Position numbers and translations under genes: made by a program | From: an uncultured virus (IMG/VR IMGVR_UViG_3300013382_000009) | Taxonomy: Duplodnaviria > Heunggongvirae > Uroviricota > Caudoviricetes | IMG/VR virus record: IMGVR_UViG_3300013382_000009 | Length of the DNA stretch: 64,000 nucleotides | Reading direction: 5' to 3' (one strand) | Notes under the pieces: generated by a model | What the model saw: the letters and a program-made list of their open reading frames with translations, nothing else | What the model was told of the DNA's origin: nothing | Database searches by the model: none | In this document: in pieces, positions 37,201-52,200 of the stretch | Position numbering within the stretch: position 1 is the stretch's first letter | Layout of the letters: each line of letters opens with the position of its first letter

Positions 37201-40200
37201 GCTGAAATGGACGTGCTGATGAGGGATAACGATGTGTTCAGCCAGAACTTCAAGAAGCTACAGAGTCAGGGGCTTACCAACCCTCAGATTTACGACTGGA
37301 TGATTCAGAACGGACTGACACAGGAGCAGCTGGAACCATTTGCCCATTATATCAATGCGAACGCTAGAGTGCAGGGTATGCAAGAGGCTACCAAGCAGAA
37401 GATTGAGGAAGTGGTGAGCGGTGTCGTACAGGATTGGTCTTACCATGGAGATCTGAACGGTCAGAAGATGGACGGCGAACAGGTGGTTTATGTGCAGGAC
37501 AGCGAGGGCAGAACCTTGATTGTTGGCTCTGGCGATGTGGCTTTCGACCCTACCACTGGTCGTGCGAAGGAAGATGTGGGCGACTTGCTTATCTGCTTCG
37601 ATCCTAACACCAAGGAAATGGTGTACTTGAAGACGGACGATGTGACCTTCATGCAGACTCAGAAGCCTGAGGATTTCGCCAACGAGTATCGTCAGCGATT
37701 GCAGATGATTAACTCTCAGCCTTACAATGAGGCTGCTCAGGAACAGGCGATGCAGGATGCAGCTAAACCTCAACCAAAAGAAGAAACTCAGCACAAATCA
37801 GAGAATGGTGGCAAAAATGGCGAGTTAGCACCACAAGATAATACCACATCGGCAAAAGTTAGTACCACTTCGCCGAAAGATAATACCACAAAAGAGGACT
37901 TAGTACCACAAGAGCAGCCTCAGCAGACTAGAAAGTTTGCGGACGGAACCGATGTGCCGATGACTACTGATAGAAAGGGAAGACCAACACCTGACTATGG
38001 AGCGATGAAGCCAGAACAGGCGGCGGAGATTCTTTCGCAGGACTTGGGGGATAGTGCACAGCCTTACGTGGATGCACAAATCAAGCAAGCAGAGAAAGCT
38101 GTGAAGGATGCCGAGAAGATGAAAATTGACATGAGCGGCGAGCCTAATGATGTTATCGAACAGCAGAAGGCAAAGGCTAAGACCATCGAGGCTGCAAAGA
38201 AGCAGCTTGAACAGGCGCAGAACATCAAGAAGGCGATGACTGCCAAGGCTGTGGCTGAGACCATGGGCAAACCTACCGAGGAAAAGGTGGAGGGTGCCAA
38301 CGAGGCTAGCAGCGAGGTAGCCAAGAAGTTCCAGAATGCGCCGAGATTACAAGGCAACCACGTAAGCAAGCGTCTGCCTAACGGCGACAAGATTAGCGGA
38401 CACTATGAGATTGTTCCTGCCGAAAGCTTGACTCCTTCGCACGATGTAATGAATGACTATAAGAAGTCAGAGGGCTTCCCTGTGGATGCAGAGGGAAGAA
38501 CTATAAATGATAGAGACTATGAGCACGACAAGGCGGCGCAACAGACCACCGACCAGATGGCTCAGAAGTACAGCGGACAGGCGATTTCTCAGGTGCCTAC
38601 GGTATCTGACGAGGGTATCGTTTACGATGGCAACGGAAGAACCATGGCAGGACAGAAGGCTGCGAAGAACGGTACAGATGCTGAATACATCGAGGACTTG
38701 ATGGACAATGCCCAGAACTATGGCTTCACCAAGGAGCAGATTGAGCAGAGTGGAACGGAGCATCCACGTCTTGTGATGGTAACTGATGAAAGATTGCCTT
38801 ATGATACGGCTACCTTCTCCATGTTCAACAGAAACGAGAAGAAGACGCAGAGCAACACCGAGCAAGCTGTGGCTAAGGCTAAGACCTTGACTAGCGACGA
38901 GGTGGGTGCCATCGTTGCCGACATTGAGGGAAATGGTAGCTTGGATGCTTTCTTTAACAATTCCAAGGCAATAAATGACTTGGTGAAGACGTTAGTAAGT
39001 AAAGGTGTCATCGGACAGAACGAGGTGGCTGGCTTCATGGATGGTCCAGACAGACTGTCGGCGCAGGGCAAGGAGTATGTGAAGAACCTCTTGCTTGGCT
39101 CTGTGTTCAAGCCAGAGACTATCCGTATGCTTGGAGTGGATAGCAAGATCACGAACGCTGCCATCAATGGCATTCGTGCCATCATGGATAACTTGAAGCT
39201 GGGCGACTACTCTCTGCGTGACGAGATAGACCAAGCCATACAGTTGCTCTACGAGGCTGGAAGAAACAAGATGAGCGTGGATGACTTGCTGAAACAGAGC
39301 AGTGCCTTCGAGGAGAACGCTAGGGATAGATTCCCGATGATTGCACAGGCTATGGCTCAGGCTCTGGAGGATAAGCCTACGACTTTCAGAGAGTTGATGA
39401 GCGAGTACAACAACATCGCCAAGAACTACAACACGAACGAGGGCACCTTGGGATTCTATGATAAGTTAACGCCTGAGCAGGTTGTGGAGGAGTTCCTCAA
39501 CGCTAGCAAGGCTATCAAGAACAATAACATCAAGCTATATGGAAAAGAATCAGAAACTGAAAGAAGCAATGATGCTTCAGGCAATGAAGAACCTGCAAAA
39601 GAAGCAGGAGGAGCAGCTGGCACAGAAGGAAATGGGAATGCTGAAACAGAACCAGAAATAAAGGTTAAGAAAGCATTGAAGCGCATCGCTACCGAGATTA
39701 CCAATCAGACAGGTATCGAGGTGGTGACGGATGAAAAGGTGGGGCAGAGCACCCTGGAGGATGCTGAGGCTACAGATTCCAATGTGAAATATAGCCGAGT
39801 AACCGACAAGGACTTAATCGCCCAACTGGAGAAAGAGCCTAAGATTAAGGTTTACCGTGCGATGCAGGTGATTGATGGAAAGCTATATCCACCAATGGCT
39901 GCTTACGCTGACGGAAAACTTGTTGAGGCTAACGAACTTGGCAAATGGATTCAGTCTGACGAAATGCCAGACTCGAAGAACACCGTCTATAAGATTAAGG
40001 GTTCTCCTACGACCATATCAAAGGACAGAGCCATTAAGGGAGAAGATGGTGTTTGGAGAGATTCGAAGACCGGAAAGGAGCTTGTTACAGGTGATGACGG
40101 AGAGCCAACTTGGTATTTTAAGCTACAGAAGGGAAAGGGTGCTGACGGAAAGAAGCTGACCGATGTACCTGCTGCTTACAATCCATACTGGCACCTCTCC

Positions 40201-43200
40201 TACTCTCCATTGAACGACCAATTTAAATCGGCTTGGATTCGTCCTAACATCGTGGTTGTGGAATGTGAGGTTCCTGCAAGCGAGCTGAATAGCGGTTACC
40301 GAGCAGAGCACGCCAAGAACAGCGTGGGCATGACCCCTTGGACTAGCGGTGTTGTTACCAAGCAGCTTATTGCGCAAAGACATGAGGGCAGAAAGGTAAT
40401 GCTATCTCGTTGGTGCAAGCCTGTAAGGGTAGTGCCTGACGCAGAGGTTGCTGCGAAGATTAAGGAATTTATCGGTGACCATGATGTAGAGATTCCTGAG
40501 AACGTGGTTACTCCAAGACAGAAGGTTGAGCTTGAAAAGCTTGGCGTGAAGATTGGAAAGCCAGAGAAGGGAATGAATAAAAACGAGCAAATCGCCGATG
40601 CAATCAAGCTAGGATTGCAAGTTGACAACACGGTCAAGGAACAGCGTGCATCCGCAGGTAGCACAGTTAGTGGTATGGAAAAAATGCCAAAGGGTTTGCA
40701 AATGAATCCTAGCGTATTGACCGACCAGATACTTAACTATCATGGCGATCATATCGCAAAGCTACTTGGTGAAGTACCAGAGGATAGTACTGTTAAGTAT
40801 TTCTCTGCACACAATGGAGTTTGGTATTTCTACCGAGTAGATCATGACCGCAATATCATCCTTGATGGTGCCATTTCTGCCAACAAAGACAATTATCGTG
40901 AATACGAACAAAAGATAAAAGAGTATTATGGAATTGACGGCGGCGCAGAAGCTATTTATAATTATGTGCAAGAAGCAGGGTTTGACACAGGAGCAAACCG
41001 CAATTTGCATGACTATTTTCTCGAAGGAGGAAATACGAGACATTCTGCAATGGGTGAGCGACCTAATGAACCGCAAGGGAAAGCCAGAATTGAAGACAAC
41101 GGAACTGCTGGCAGAACTTTACGACAGGGCGTTGGCGAAGAACAAAGCGGAGCAATTAAGGAGTTCCGTTCTGCCAACGGAGAGGTCTATGGATTCACAG
41201 TAGATGGCAAGATTTATCTTGACACCAAGAAGATGAAGCCTGAGACCCCTCTGCATGAGTACACCCATTTGTGGACTGAGGCTTTGAGGAACGGCAACCC
41301 TACAGAGTGGGAGAACGTGAAGAGTCTCTTCGATGAGGTTGAAGGACTGAAAGAGGAGGTTCAGAAGCTGTACCCTGAGCTAAAGGGCGATAACCTTTAC
41401 GAGGAGATGATTACCACATTCTCTGGTCGTGAGGGTGCCAAGAAGCTTGAAAAGGTTGTGCGTGGTCTCGCTAAAGAGGATGGAAAGACCGTAGAGGAGA
41501 GAGCCAAGGCTACAGGCTTTATCACCAAGGTGAAGGAAGCTTTGCAGAAGTACTGGAAGGGTGTGGCTGACATGCTTCATATCCACTTCACTTCTGCCGA
41601 GGAGGTTGCCGACAAGGTTCTTGCTGATTGGGCTAGCGGCTTCAACCCAAATAAAGCTTTCGATGTAAATGACAGAGATGGCGATTATACGAAGAATAAC
41701 GTTGAATACATTGTTAAAAATACAAAACTCCCATTTGGCAAAAAATACGGAGAAGAACTATCTCAAGAAGAAGTCAAGTCGTTATTCTATGGGGATAATG
41801 ATTACTCAAAGAAATACGGCAAACTATTCGATAGAGTTTACGATGTTGCTCGAAAACTAGGTATAAAAATTAGCTTCAAAATACCACCAGAAACTTATAG
41901 TGCTTATGGTCTAGCTGATTTGGATAACGTATATCTAAATCCTATACTTCTTGCAAGAGGAGAGCATAAGGTTTTCCCAAACAAGAAGTATAGCCTTTAC
42001 GTTAAAGAAGATACGCTTCCACATGCAATGTTGCATGAGTTAATACATTCTGTTACAGCCTACGCTTTGGAAAGATATGAAAGAGACAAGGATAGTATGC
42101 CTAAAGAACTAAGGGCAGCTGCGGAGTCTTTGATAGATTTGTATGAAGCTACGAGAAAGGCAACTCTGGATTACGTTAATGAATATGGAAGAGAGAATGA
42201 ACAAGAATTTATCGCTGAATTATCTAATCCTAATTTTTGTAAGCTTCTAAAGAAGACAAATGTTTGGACTAGAGTGAAAGATGCGATAAAGCAATTCTTC
42301 TTCCCTCTGATTTCTTCCGAAAAGAATGTGTTGGATAAGTCGTGGAAGGAGACAAACTCTTATAAAGAGCTTTCTTCTTTACTTGATGACTTTTTAGAGC
42401 ATAGTGACAAAGGTCTATTTGAAGAAGAGATTGGTGTGCAGAACGGTGAAATCAAGGGCAAGGAAGAAGCTAAGGAAGAACCTGTTCCTATCATGCCGAA
42501 GCCTGTAGATCCTAGCAACCCTATAGAAAAGGCGGCTGAGGACTACAAGAAGGAGCATCCTTTGAGCGAGGATGAAATATTGAACACTACGGCGTTCGAT
42601 GGTTTGCCTGAAGACCAGAAGCAGTATTGCATTGATGCGGCTTTGGACTATCTGAATGGCGAGGACACTTCGGCTATTTCCGAGGCTTACTATAGAAACG
42701 CCTACGAGAAACGTTCTAGCCGTCCTGCCGAGACAGCGAAGGTTGCCAAGGCAGACAGCGAGACTGTCAAGGCTGGACAGGCTGAGGTTTCTGCCGACCC
42801 AATGGAAGGAATCAAGAATGCCGCAGAGGGATTCGAGCAGGAGAAGGCTGAGAGGGAAAGAAAGCAGAAGGAGGCTACCCAGAAGGTTCTGAACGTTATC
42901 AAGGCTTCGAACGAAAAGGCGAAGACCAGAAAGCAGTTGGAGGCAGAGAAGAATGCAGCGGACAATGAGTTTGAGGCATTCATGAAGGAACTACGCAAGA
43001 AACAGAGCGGTCAGCTTAACTCTGGCTTCATCGACCAGAACTTGATTGAGGCGGCACCAAAGATGTTCTCTCTTGCAGCAAAGTGTGCCTACACTCGTAT
43101 CAAACTGGGCATGTATGATGCCAAGGAGGTGGTGAAGGATTTGCGCAACCGCTTCAAGGATGCTTTCGATGGATTCGACAAGCGAGACGTGGAAACCTTC

Positions 43201-46200
43201 TACTCTGAAATCATGAACCAGAAATGGCGTGATGGTGATAAGAGAATGAGCCTCAACGAGTGGGCAGAGCATTACAGAAAGCTTTCTCCTGAATATAAGG
43301 AGAAACTGGAAGGCGACTCGAAGGATGCCGAGGAAAGGAAGATGAGCGAAAAGAAGTTCATTGACCGTGTGAACATTCGACTTGGATTCGGACAGAAGAT
43401 AAACGGCATCGTTGAATTGAGAAAGATGGCTGAGGAATGCGGCTTGAAGGATGTGAAGGACACAGACCTTCAGGAATTGGCAGAGACTGCCATTGTGCAG
43501 AGAGCTAGAGGTATCGCTTCGTCTGCATCCACAAATGATGCCAAGAAGTTTGAACTCATCAAGAAGCTTTACGAGAATCAGCCTAGCCTCAACCAACGTG
43601 ATTCTGAGCGAGTGATGAAGCAGCAGTATTCTACCCCTGCCCCATACGCTTTCTTGGCAGACATGTATGTGAAGGGAGGCGGCAAGGAGGTGAAGAGCGC
43701 ATTGGAGCCTAGCGCAGGAAACGGTATGCTTACCATCGGCTTGCCTATGGACGTGGTGCATGTGAACGACATTGACGCTCAACGTTTGGCGAACCTGAGA
43801 AGACAGGGCTTCAAGAACGTGACGAGCCAAGACGGAACCCAGCCTTTCGCCGACAAGGACGTGGACGTGGTGGTAACTAACCCACCATTTGGCAGTGCTA
43901 CACCAAAGGAATATGACGGCTACAAGATTTCCTCATTGGAGGGTCAGATGGCTATCAACGCCTTGGAGAGCATGAAGGACGATGGTCGTGCTGCCATCAT
44001 CATCGGCGGCAAGACGGAATATGCCAAGAATGGAAGTCTGAACCCAAAGGATAAGGCTTTCCTTGGGTATCTCTACAGCCACTATAATGTGGAGGACGTG
44101 ATAAATGTGGATGGCAGTCTCTACGCAAAGCAGGGAACTACCTACCCTACACGTATTATATTAATAAACGGAAGACGCTTGGACGAGAATGTTTTTCCAC
44201 CAGTGAAGAGCAAGGCAAGAGCGGAATCCGTGAAAGATTATGACGAACTTTATAAACGAATTAGCGATGATATACTACGAGGTGAACGGATGGATTCTTC
44301 CATCGGAAGAGAAGAAGGAAGTACTAGACCAGAACTTGATAGACAAGGGTCTGTTGATACTCATGAAGAGGGAGTACGAATGGGAGGACAACGAGGAGGC
44401 GAACAAACAGATATTCGTGGGGAAGAACAGTCTGGAGAGCCTTCCGTATCAGGAACCTCTGATAACGTGGCAAATCGACCAACAGCCGAACGAGAAACAG
44501 ATGGAGGACTTTCTGATGGAGATAACTCAGCAGACCGAACAGGGACTGATGCTTCTCAGGGCGAAGGGACAGAAGCTAGAGCCAATGAGCAACGAGTATC
44601 TGGACGAAGAGGACTTGGAGGGAATGACTCTAAGCCAAGTACTAGCGAACCTACCGACAACAGCGGAGGGCGATCACGGGGACAATTACAGCGGGTGGAC
44701 GAATCCGTACGTGGATTAAGTACCGAGAAAGTAACCTACGCCCCAAGAAGTGAGAACCCCTTCACTCTGAAAGCGGTGATGCCTGCCGACCAACAGGAGG
44801 CGGTAAACAAGAACCTTGAAAAGCTCGGCGATGCCGACCAGTTCTTGGTGGACGAGTTGGGCTATAACGACAAGGAGGATTTGTATTCCCATCTTGCAGC
44901 CGAGCAAGTTGACTCTGTAGCTCTCGCCTTACAACAAGCTAAGAAGGGCAATGCCTTCATAATCGGCGATATGACAGGTATCGGCAAGGGAAGACAGGCT
45001 GCATCCCTTATCAGATATGCGAAGAAACAAGGTCAGGTGCCTGTATACTTCACCAAGACAGCAGGATTGTTGAGCGATGTGTATCGTGACTTGGTGGACA
45101 TTGGTAGCCCAGAATTGAGACCTTTTGTATTTGGTAGTGCCAAGGAAGCGGCTATTACCGACTCTGAGGGTAATGTGAAATTCGCATTGCCATCGAAGAG
45201 CGAGGTGAAGCGTGTGCTCGACTACATAGAAAAGAACGGCAAACTACCAAAGGAATACGACTATGTGCTTACTACCTACAGCCAAGTAAGCAACGGCGTA
45301 TATGAATTTGACGAGAACGGTGCCCGAAAAGAGCGAAAACTAGCCAAGGGAAAATCTTTCGGCGCAGCTGCATTGAGTGGACAAAGAAGACGTGATGCCA
45401 TCGAGAAATTGATGGATAACGGTTATCTTATCCTTGACGAGAGCCATACAGCAGGTGGTGATAGCGGTCAAGGAAACTATTTCCAACACATTATTCAGAA
45501 AGCTAAGAATGTAACCTTCTTCTCGGCTACGTTCGCCAAGCGACCAGACAATATGCCTATCTATGCTTTGCGTACTGCCATGAACCAAGGTGGACTGAAA
45601 TCAGCCGACCTCATTGATGCAGTGAAGCGTGGTGGTGCCACCTTGCAGGAAATCATGAGCCAGACACTGACACAATGCGGTCAGATGATTCGCCGTGAGC
45701 GAGACATGACAGGCGTGACCATCGACTGGCGAGCCATTGACGAACCTGAAAAGGTGAAGGAGCAAAGAGAGCAATATGATAGTATCATCGGTTTGTTTAA
45801 TGATATTATCAATTTCCAAAAGACTTACGTGAGCGGTTATGTTGAAGAACAGAACGAGGCTATGGCTGCCATGCAAGCAAGCATGGGCATCAAACGTGGA
45901 ACGGAAGCTTTGGGTATCAAGAACGTGCCATTTACTAGCAAGGCGTTCAATACCGTGCAGCAGGTGCTCTTGTCACTGAAAGCCAAGTCAGCCGCAGAGC
46001 GAGCCATCGACTACTTGAAGCAGGGCATGAAGCCTGTGATTGCGCTGAATAATACCAACGAGTCGCAGACAGGAAACATTGCACTCGGCGAGGAAATGGA
46101 TGCTCCAGACTTGGGCACTTCCCTGAGAAAGGGCTTGGAGGGCACACTTCGCTACACCTCGAAGAATGCTAAGGACGAAAGTAGTAGTGGCTACATCAGA

Positions 46201-49200
46201 CTGGAGGACTTGGGCGATGATGCGGTTGAGGCTTATCGCAACTTGGAAAAGAAAATCAAGGAGACAAGTACCGGTCTTTCCCTCTCCCCTATTGATGTTA
46301 TCAAGAACGAGTTGGAGAAAGCTGGATATAAGGTAGGCGAGTTGACAGGAAGAAGCACCGAGTTTGTATATAACGAGAACGGCACCGTTACCAAGGTGAA
46401 GCGTACGGACACGGATAAGAAGAAACTCGCAAGAGAGTTTAATGACGGTCAGATAGATGCGTTGATTCTGAATAAGAGTGCTGCCACAGGTATCTCACTC
46501 CATGCCTCTAGCAAGTACAAAGACCAGAGAAAACGAGTGATGATCGTAGCGCAGCAGCAGCTTGATGTGAACGATGAGGTGCAGATGCGTGGTCGTATCG
46601 ACCGAACAGGACAGGTGGCTAGAGGTGCATACGAGTATGTGGTTTCTCTAATTCCTGCCGAGCAGCGATTGTTGATTATGTTCAAGGCAAAATTGAAGTC
46701 GCTCGATGCCAACACGACTTCTTCACAGAAGAGTAAGTTTAACGAAATGGAGGTTGCCGACATTACCAATAAGTACGGCGACAAGGTGGTGCGTGAGTAT
46801 ATGGCGGAGCATCTAGACCTCTATTCTCGTATGGCAGACCCATTCGGTTGGGAGAAGTCGTTTGGTGATGATTTGTCCTCTACCCCAACCCAGAGCCTTG
46901 TTGTTACCAAGAGCGGCGTGGGCGATGGTGAAGCTGGTGCCGATGCAAGCAAGTTGCTTGGTCGTATGGCTCTCTTGAAGGTTGCAGAGCAGGAGAAGAT
47001 GCTGAACGAAATCGGTGAGTTATATGCCAACGAGATTCAACGTCTGAACGAAATGGGCGAGAACGACTTGGAGATTACCGAGTTGCCTCTGAAAGCCAAG
47101 ACCATCAGCAAGGAGGTTTGGAAGGAAGGTGCCGAGCCTGGAGGCGACAATGCCTTTGCCGACAACACCTATATAGAAAAGGTGAACATGGCTATCTTGA
47201 AGAAACCAATGAAAGCCAAGGAGGTAAAGAAGGCGCAGGATGGACTGACTGGTGGCAAATCGTGGGACGAGTACAAGGAAGAGAAGTGGAAAGCTATCGA
47301 AAGCTATTTTGTCAACAAAGGAGCAGAAGAAGGCGCAAAGATAGAAGAACGTGCTAGAAAAGCAGCAGCCAAAGCTAGAGAAAAGTACATAAAGGATGCC
47401 AAGCGAGGACAAAAGGATTCAGGTATGACCGATGAGCAGATTGCGCAAATGGCTATTTACCAACAAGACAATATCTATAAGCAGGAAAGCGCAAAGAGCG
47501 AAGACCTTATAAAGAATCTAAAGAATAAAGCTGGTATGTTCTTGCGTGTGCTTGAAACTTGCAATACCGAAGATGCTTACGTGCTGCCTGTAGATATGAA
47601 CAAGCCAAACGAGTTGAGCGGATTCGGAAATAGTTATGGTAGGCTGATTGACATCAAGATAACAGATAACTTCTCTCCAAATGCCTCCACCGTGTCGTTT
47701 GCAACGTTGGACGGTAGAAGAAAAATAACCTTCCCTATCTCTGGTATGGTTGGCTCTGGTGAGAATCGTACCGATGTTATCGCTGCCATCGACCGAATGA
47801 CAAGACAAGCTTCAGGACTTGGCGACAAGCATCTGCGTGTGTTGAGCATGGACGTGAACAACTGGGATAAGCTGGTAAGCAACGAGAGTAGAAAGGATGG
47901 TTACATCGTAACTGGTAACTTGATGCAAGCCTTGATTGACAGTAAGAACCAAGGTGTGGGCGGTCAGCTTGTGAAATATACTACGGACACTGGCGAGGTG
48001 AAGACTGGTATCTTGATGCCGGACAGATTCAAGCCTACCGATGTAGCGAATGAATATCCTATCTCTAGTGTGGCGGACAAGTTTGAACTACCTTCACATA
48101 AAGGTGGAATCGAACAGGCGGTTTCGTCTGACGGCGATGTTAAGGTTATTCTTGGCTTCGACCATGGAGATACTTATTATCAGATTCAGGTTCCAAAGAG
48201 CAAGGCTAAGGGTGGCAAATACTTCCTTGACAAGGATTTGCTCAGTATGGTAAGAGGACATAACTTTGAGACCAGAGGAAATAGGATGATGGCTAACATT
48301 GACGAGAATCAGCTTCGCCCTGTTCTTGCCAGACTTTCTAACCTTGGTGTGAAGGTAAGAGAGGAAAGAAAATCATCGGATGATGGCACACACTTCCGTG
48401 AAGACCATGGCTTGCAGTATTCTAAAACAGATACAAAAGATGTTAAGAAAAGTAGAATCATTCCCGAAGATGTGGATAAAAGTGTATCTTCGCAGATTGA
48501 AAAGAAGTTTGATGACAGAGTAAATGAACTGACAAAAGACTTGTCGGAAGAGGACAAAGCCGAGTTTAACAGACACCTCGACCACTACACCTCGGATTTC
48601 TCTAGAGCCAGAGCTTCTGAAATTACTTACACTTTAAACGGATTAAGAAATGAACTTATATTCTGGGAACGAACTTTTGGAAATGGAGAACGAGCAGGTA
48701 GAACACATCTTGTACAAATTAGGAAAGTTGAACTTGAAGCTGCGGAAGCTGCCGCAAGGAGAGAAATGGACTATCGAGAAGTTCGAGCCAAGGCTCTCGA
48801 AGATAGCTATGGATTGCGAAGAGGAGCTAAAACCTCTTTTGCAGATATATCTAGACTCTTTGAGGCGACAAATCAAAGCGAAGACGGAGGCACAAGAAGA
48901 CTCTTCGAGAAGGCGAGCGATATAGCCAAGCGTCTCGGTGTAGAGTTTGGAGGCAAGGACGAAGGAAAGACGAGAGGTAATATAGCTGAGGCTACGCCTG
49001 ACAGAGATATTAACTTCTTCATCGACTCTGTTTGCAGAACAAACACGAACTCCAAGGAGATTGCTCATTCCATTCTGCATGAAATGATTCATCAAGCTAC
49101 CATGGGTGCCATCCATCTGGTAAAGGACGGAAAGGCAGATGGTATGCTTACGCCTAAGCAGATTGAGGCTGTGAAAAACATCATTGATATTTACAACAAG

Positions 49201-52200
49201 GCGAAGGCTGACGGTAGAATCGTTTGGGAGGATGGCAACAGACGTGACTATGGCGGTAAGGATGAATACGAGTTTGCCGCAGAAATGTCAAGCGAGAAGC
49301 AGAGAAACGCCCTTGATATTCCTCTTGGCGAGAGAATTATGAACGCTGTGAGGGAGTTGCGCAACAGAGGCGACAACTCTTTGTGGCAAGCTGTGAAGAA
49401 TGCTTGGCACAAGCTATTCGAGGTTTCCGACAAGAGTAAGATGGATAAGGCTCTCAACGACATCATGGACGATTTCAACAAGAATATTGATGATGTTGCC
49501 ATGAATGACATCGAGGAAAACGGATATGCCAATCAGTTGGATTCTCCTGTTTCTTCCCACATTGCCCAACTGTCAGAAAAGGTTGGTGCCAAGGTGAACA
49601 TGGTTAATTCTGCCGATGAGGTAACCAACAAGCAAGCCAAGGAAGCAATCGAGGAAGGCAAGCATATCACTGGCTGGTATGACGAGAAGACTGGCGAGGT
49701 ACATCTTTACATGCCTAATATCCACGACCGGTACACTGCCGAGAAGACTATCTGGCATGAGGTTGTGGGTCACAAGGGAATGAGAGAGCTGTTTGGCGAA
49801 GACAGATTCGACAAGTTCCTGCGTAGTGTTTGGTATGACTTGGATAAGCCTGAGTATGCGGTCTTGAAGAAGTTGGTGATGGAGGAAATGAAGTACAATC
49901 CGTTCAATGTGTATAATGCCATTGAGGAAGGTATCGCCCGACTCGCCGAGGATGGAAGAGGCGAAGCTGGTTTCTGGAACAACATCAAGAATAAGGTTTC
50001 TGACTTCTTGCACGAAATAGGCTATCGCATGGCTCCTAACACGAAAGATGTGAAGTACTTGCTCTGGTTGAGCAAGAACTTGCAGAAGAATCCTAACGAC
50101 CCTTACTGGAAGATGAGAGCCGAGGCGGTGAAATACCGTCTCGACCATGAGCGTGTGCCTAGCGTGATAGAGCATGATGGCGTGTTCCGTGACAATGACG
50201 GTAAGATTTACAAGGACTTGGGCGACTTGCCTAAGGCTGAGTATCAGGAGGCAACGGACGGACAGATTCATTTCCGCACTACCCCATCGGCTGGCACGGC
50301 TCTTGATAGGTACCATCGTTCGCTTGATGAGCACGGCTATATGTTTACGGAGAGCTATATGGACAATATGCTTTCGCTTAAGAACCTGATGACGGCGATT
50401 GTGCCTGGCAAGAAGATTGAGGATATTGCATCCTCGGAGAATCCTTATATCCTACAGAACACGATGCAGGGAGCGATGAGCGATGCGGCAAGAATGTTTG
50501 AGCGCAACGTGATGAAGCCTCTCGACAAGGCGATGGCAGGGGTGCTGGATGCCTTCGATGGGAAGAATGACGATGAGAAGATTCGTAACTTCAACCTCTA
50601 CATGATTACCAAGCATGGTTTGGAGCGCAACCGTATCTTGTATGTGCGTGATGCCTTGAAGGACATGCGCATGGACGAGAAGAAGAAAAAGCTTGCTGAC
50701 ACCATTGAGAATGATTGGGACAACGAGAAGGCGACACTTGACGAGAAGTTGGAGCGTGGTGACATCGACTTGAAGGAGTATTACAAGCAGATGGATGACT
50801 TCATCCGTACTTACGTGGATGAAACGAATAAGTTTGATGCTGGCGAGCACGACTATTCGGGCATTCACGCCATTCAGAAGGTGGAGAAAAGTTCCGACCC
50901 TTACGATGATGCGGAGGCTATACAGAGCGTGATGGACTCTGAGGGCAGAATGGAGGACATCAAGAAGGGCGCAGTGAAGGACTATTGGGATAAGGTGAAG
51001 ACTGCAACCCAGTATTCCATCGACTGTGACTATAGGAACGGACTGATAAGCAGGGAGCTGTATGGTCATGTTTCGGAGATGTTCAACTGGTATGTGCCTC
51101 TGAGAAAGTATGACGAGGCTACGGCGGAAGATACATACGGATATATCACCGAGAAGGGCGACCCTAAATCTTACATCGGCAAGACGATCATGAGGGCAAG
51201 GGGTCACAAGTATCTGAGTGAAACGAACATCTTGGCTCAGATTGGAGCGATGGGCAACCGTGCCATCAAGAACGGCGGACAGAATGCCATCAAACAGGCG
51301 TTCGCTAGATTCATCAGAAACAACTCGAACAATAATCTTGTGACGGAAACTAGCGTTTGGTATGTAAGCGACCCTATCACTCAGACCACCGTGGAGCGTT
51401 ACCCAGATATTCCTGACGATGCGACCGCTGACGAAATCAGCCAGATTGTGAGCGACTTCAATATGGAAATGAATGACTTGGCATCGAAGGGATTGGCTAC
51501 GAAGGTGTATCGCAGAGGAAGAATCGGGTATAAGTTCCAGAGAGCGGAGAACAAATCTCAGCATATCGTTGATGTGATGATTGCAGGAAAGAAGCACTCC
51601 TTCATCGTGAACGGAAACCCTAGGGCTGCACAGGCTCTGAATGGATTGCTGGAGCATAAGAATGAGACTGGCATCGGTAAGATTGCTGGCAAGATTTCTA
51701 GATTTATGGCTCAGACCTGTACGTCTTACAACCCAGAGTTTGTGATGAGAAACATGATTCGTGACTTCGAGTTTGCTTCTTCTAACCTCTTGGCTAAGGA
51801 AGGTGCAAGATATACTGGTATCTTTGAGAAGTACTATGCGAAGGTTGGTATCATAGAGGGTATCAGAAATTCTAAGCTGAGCGACTTCAAAGACACAGGC
51901 GGTTTCGGCTTGTTTGTCAAGTATCGTAACGGAACGCTTGACACTTCCGACAAGATTCAGAGATATTTCAAGGAGTTCATGGAGAACGGCGGCGAAACAG
52001 GTTGGGTACAGATTAAGAGCATGAAGGAATGGACGGAAGAGTATAAGCGTGACATCAAGGCAGAGCGCAACAAAGCTGTCAAGGTAGGAAAAGGATTCTA
52101 CAATGCCATCTTTAAGAACTTGGAAAATGTGAACGAGATTGCCGAGAACATGGCTCGTTTCGCTACCTATTGTGCCAGCAGAGACAGCAATCGTTCGGTA

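Noticed and set aside
41671..41685. DRDGD as a virion RNA polymerase DxDGD motif
   Set aside because: Lacks the surrounding double-psi-barrel context and lies in a linker between two peptidase-like domains
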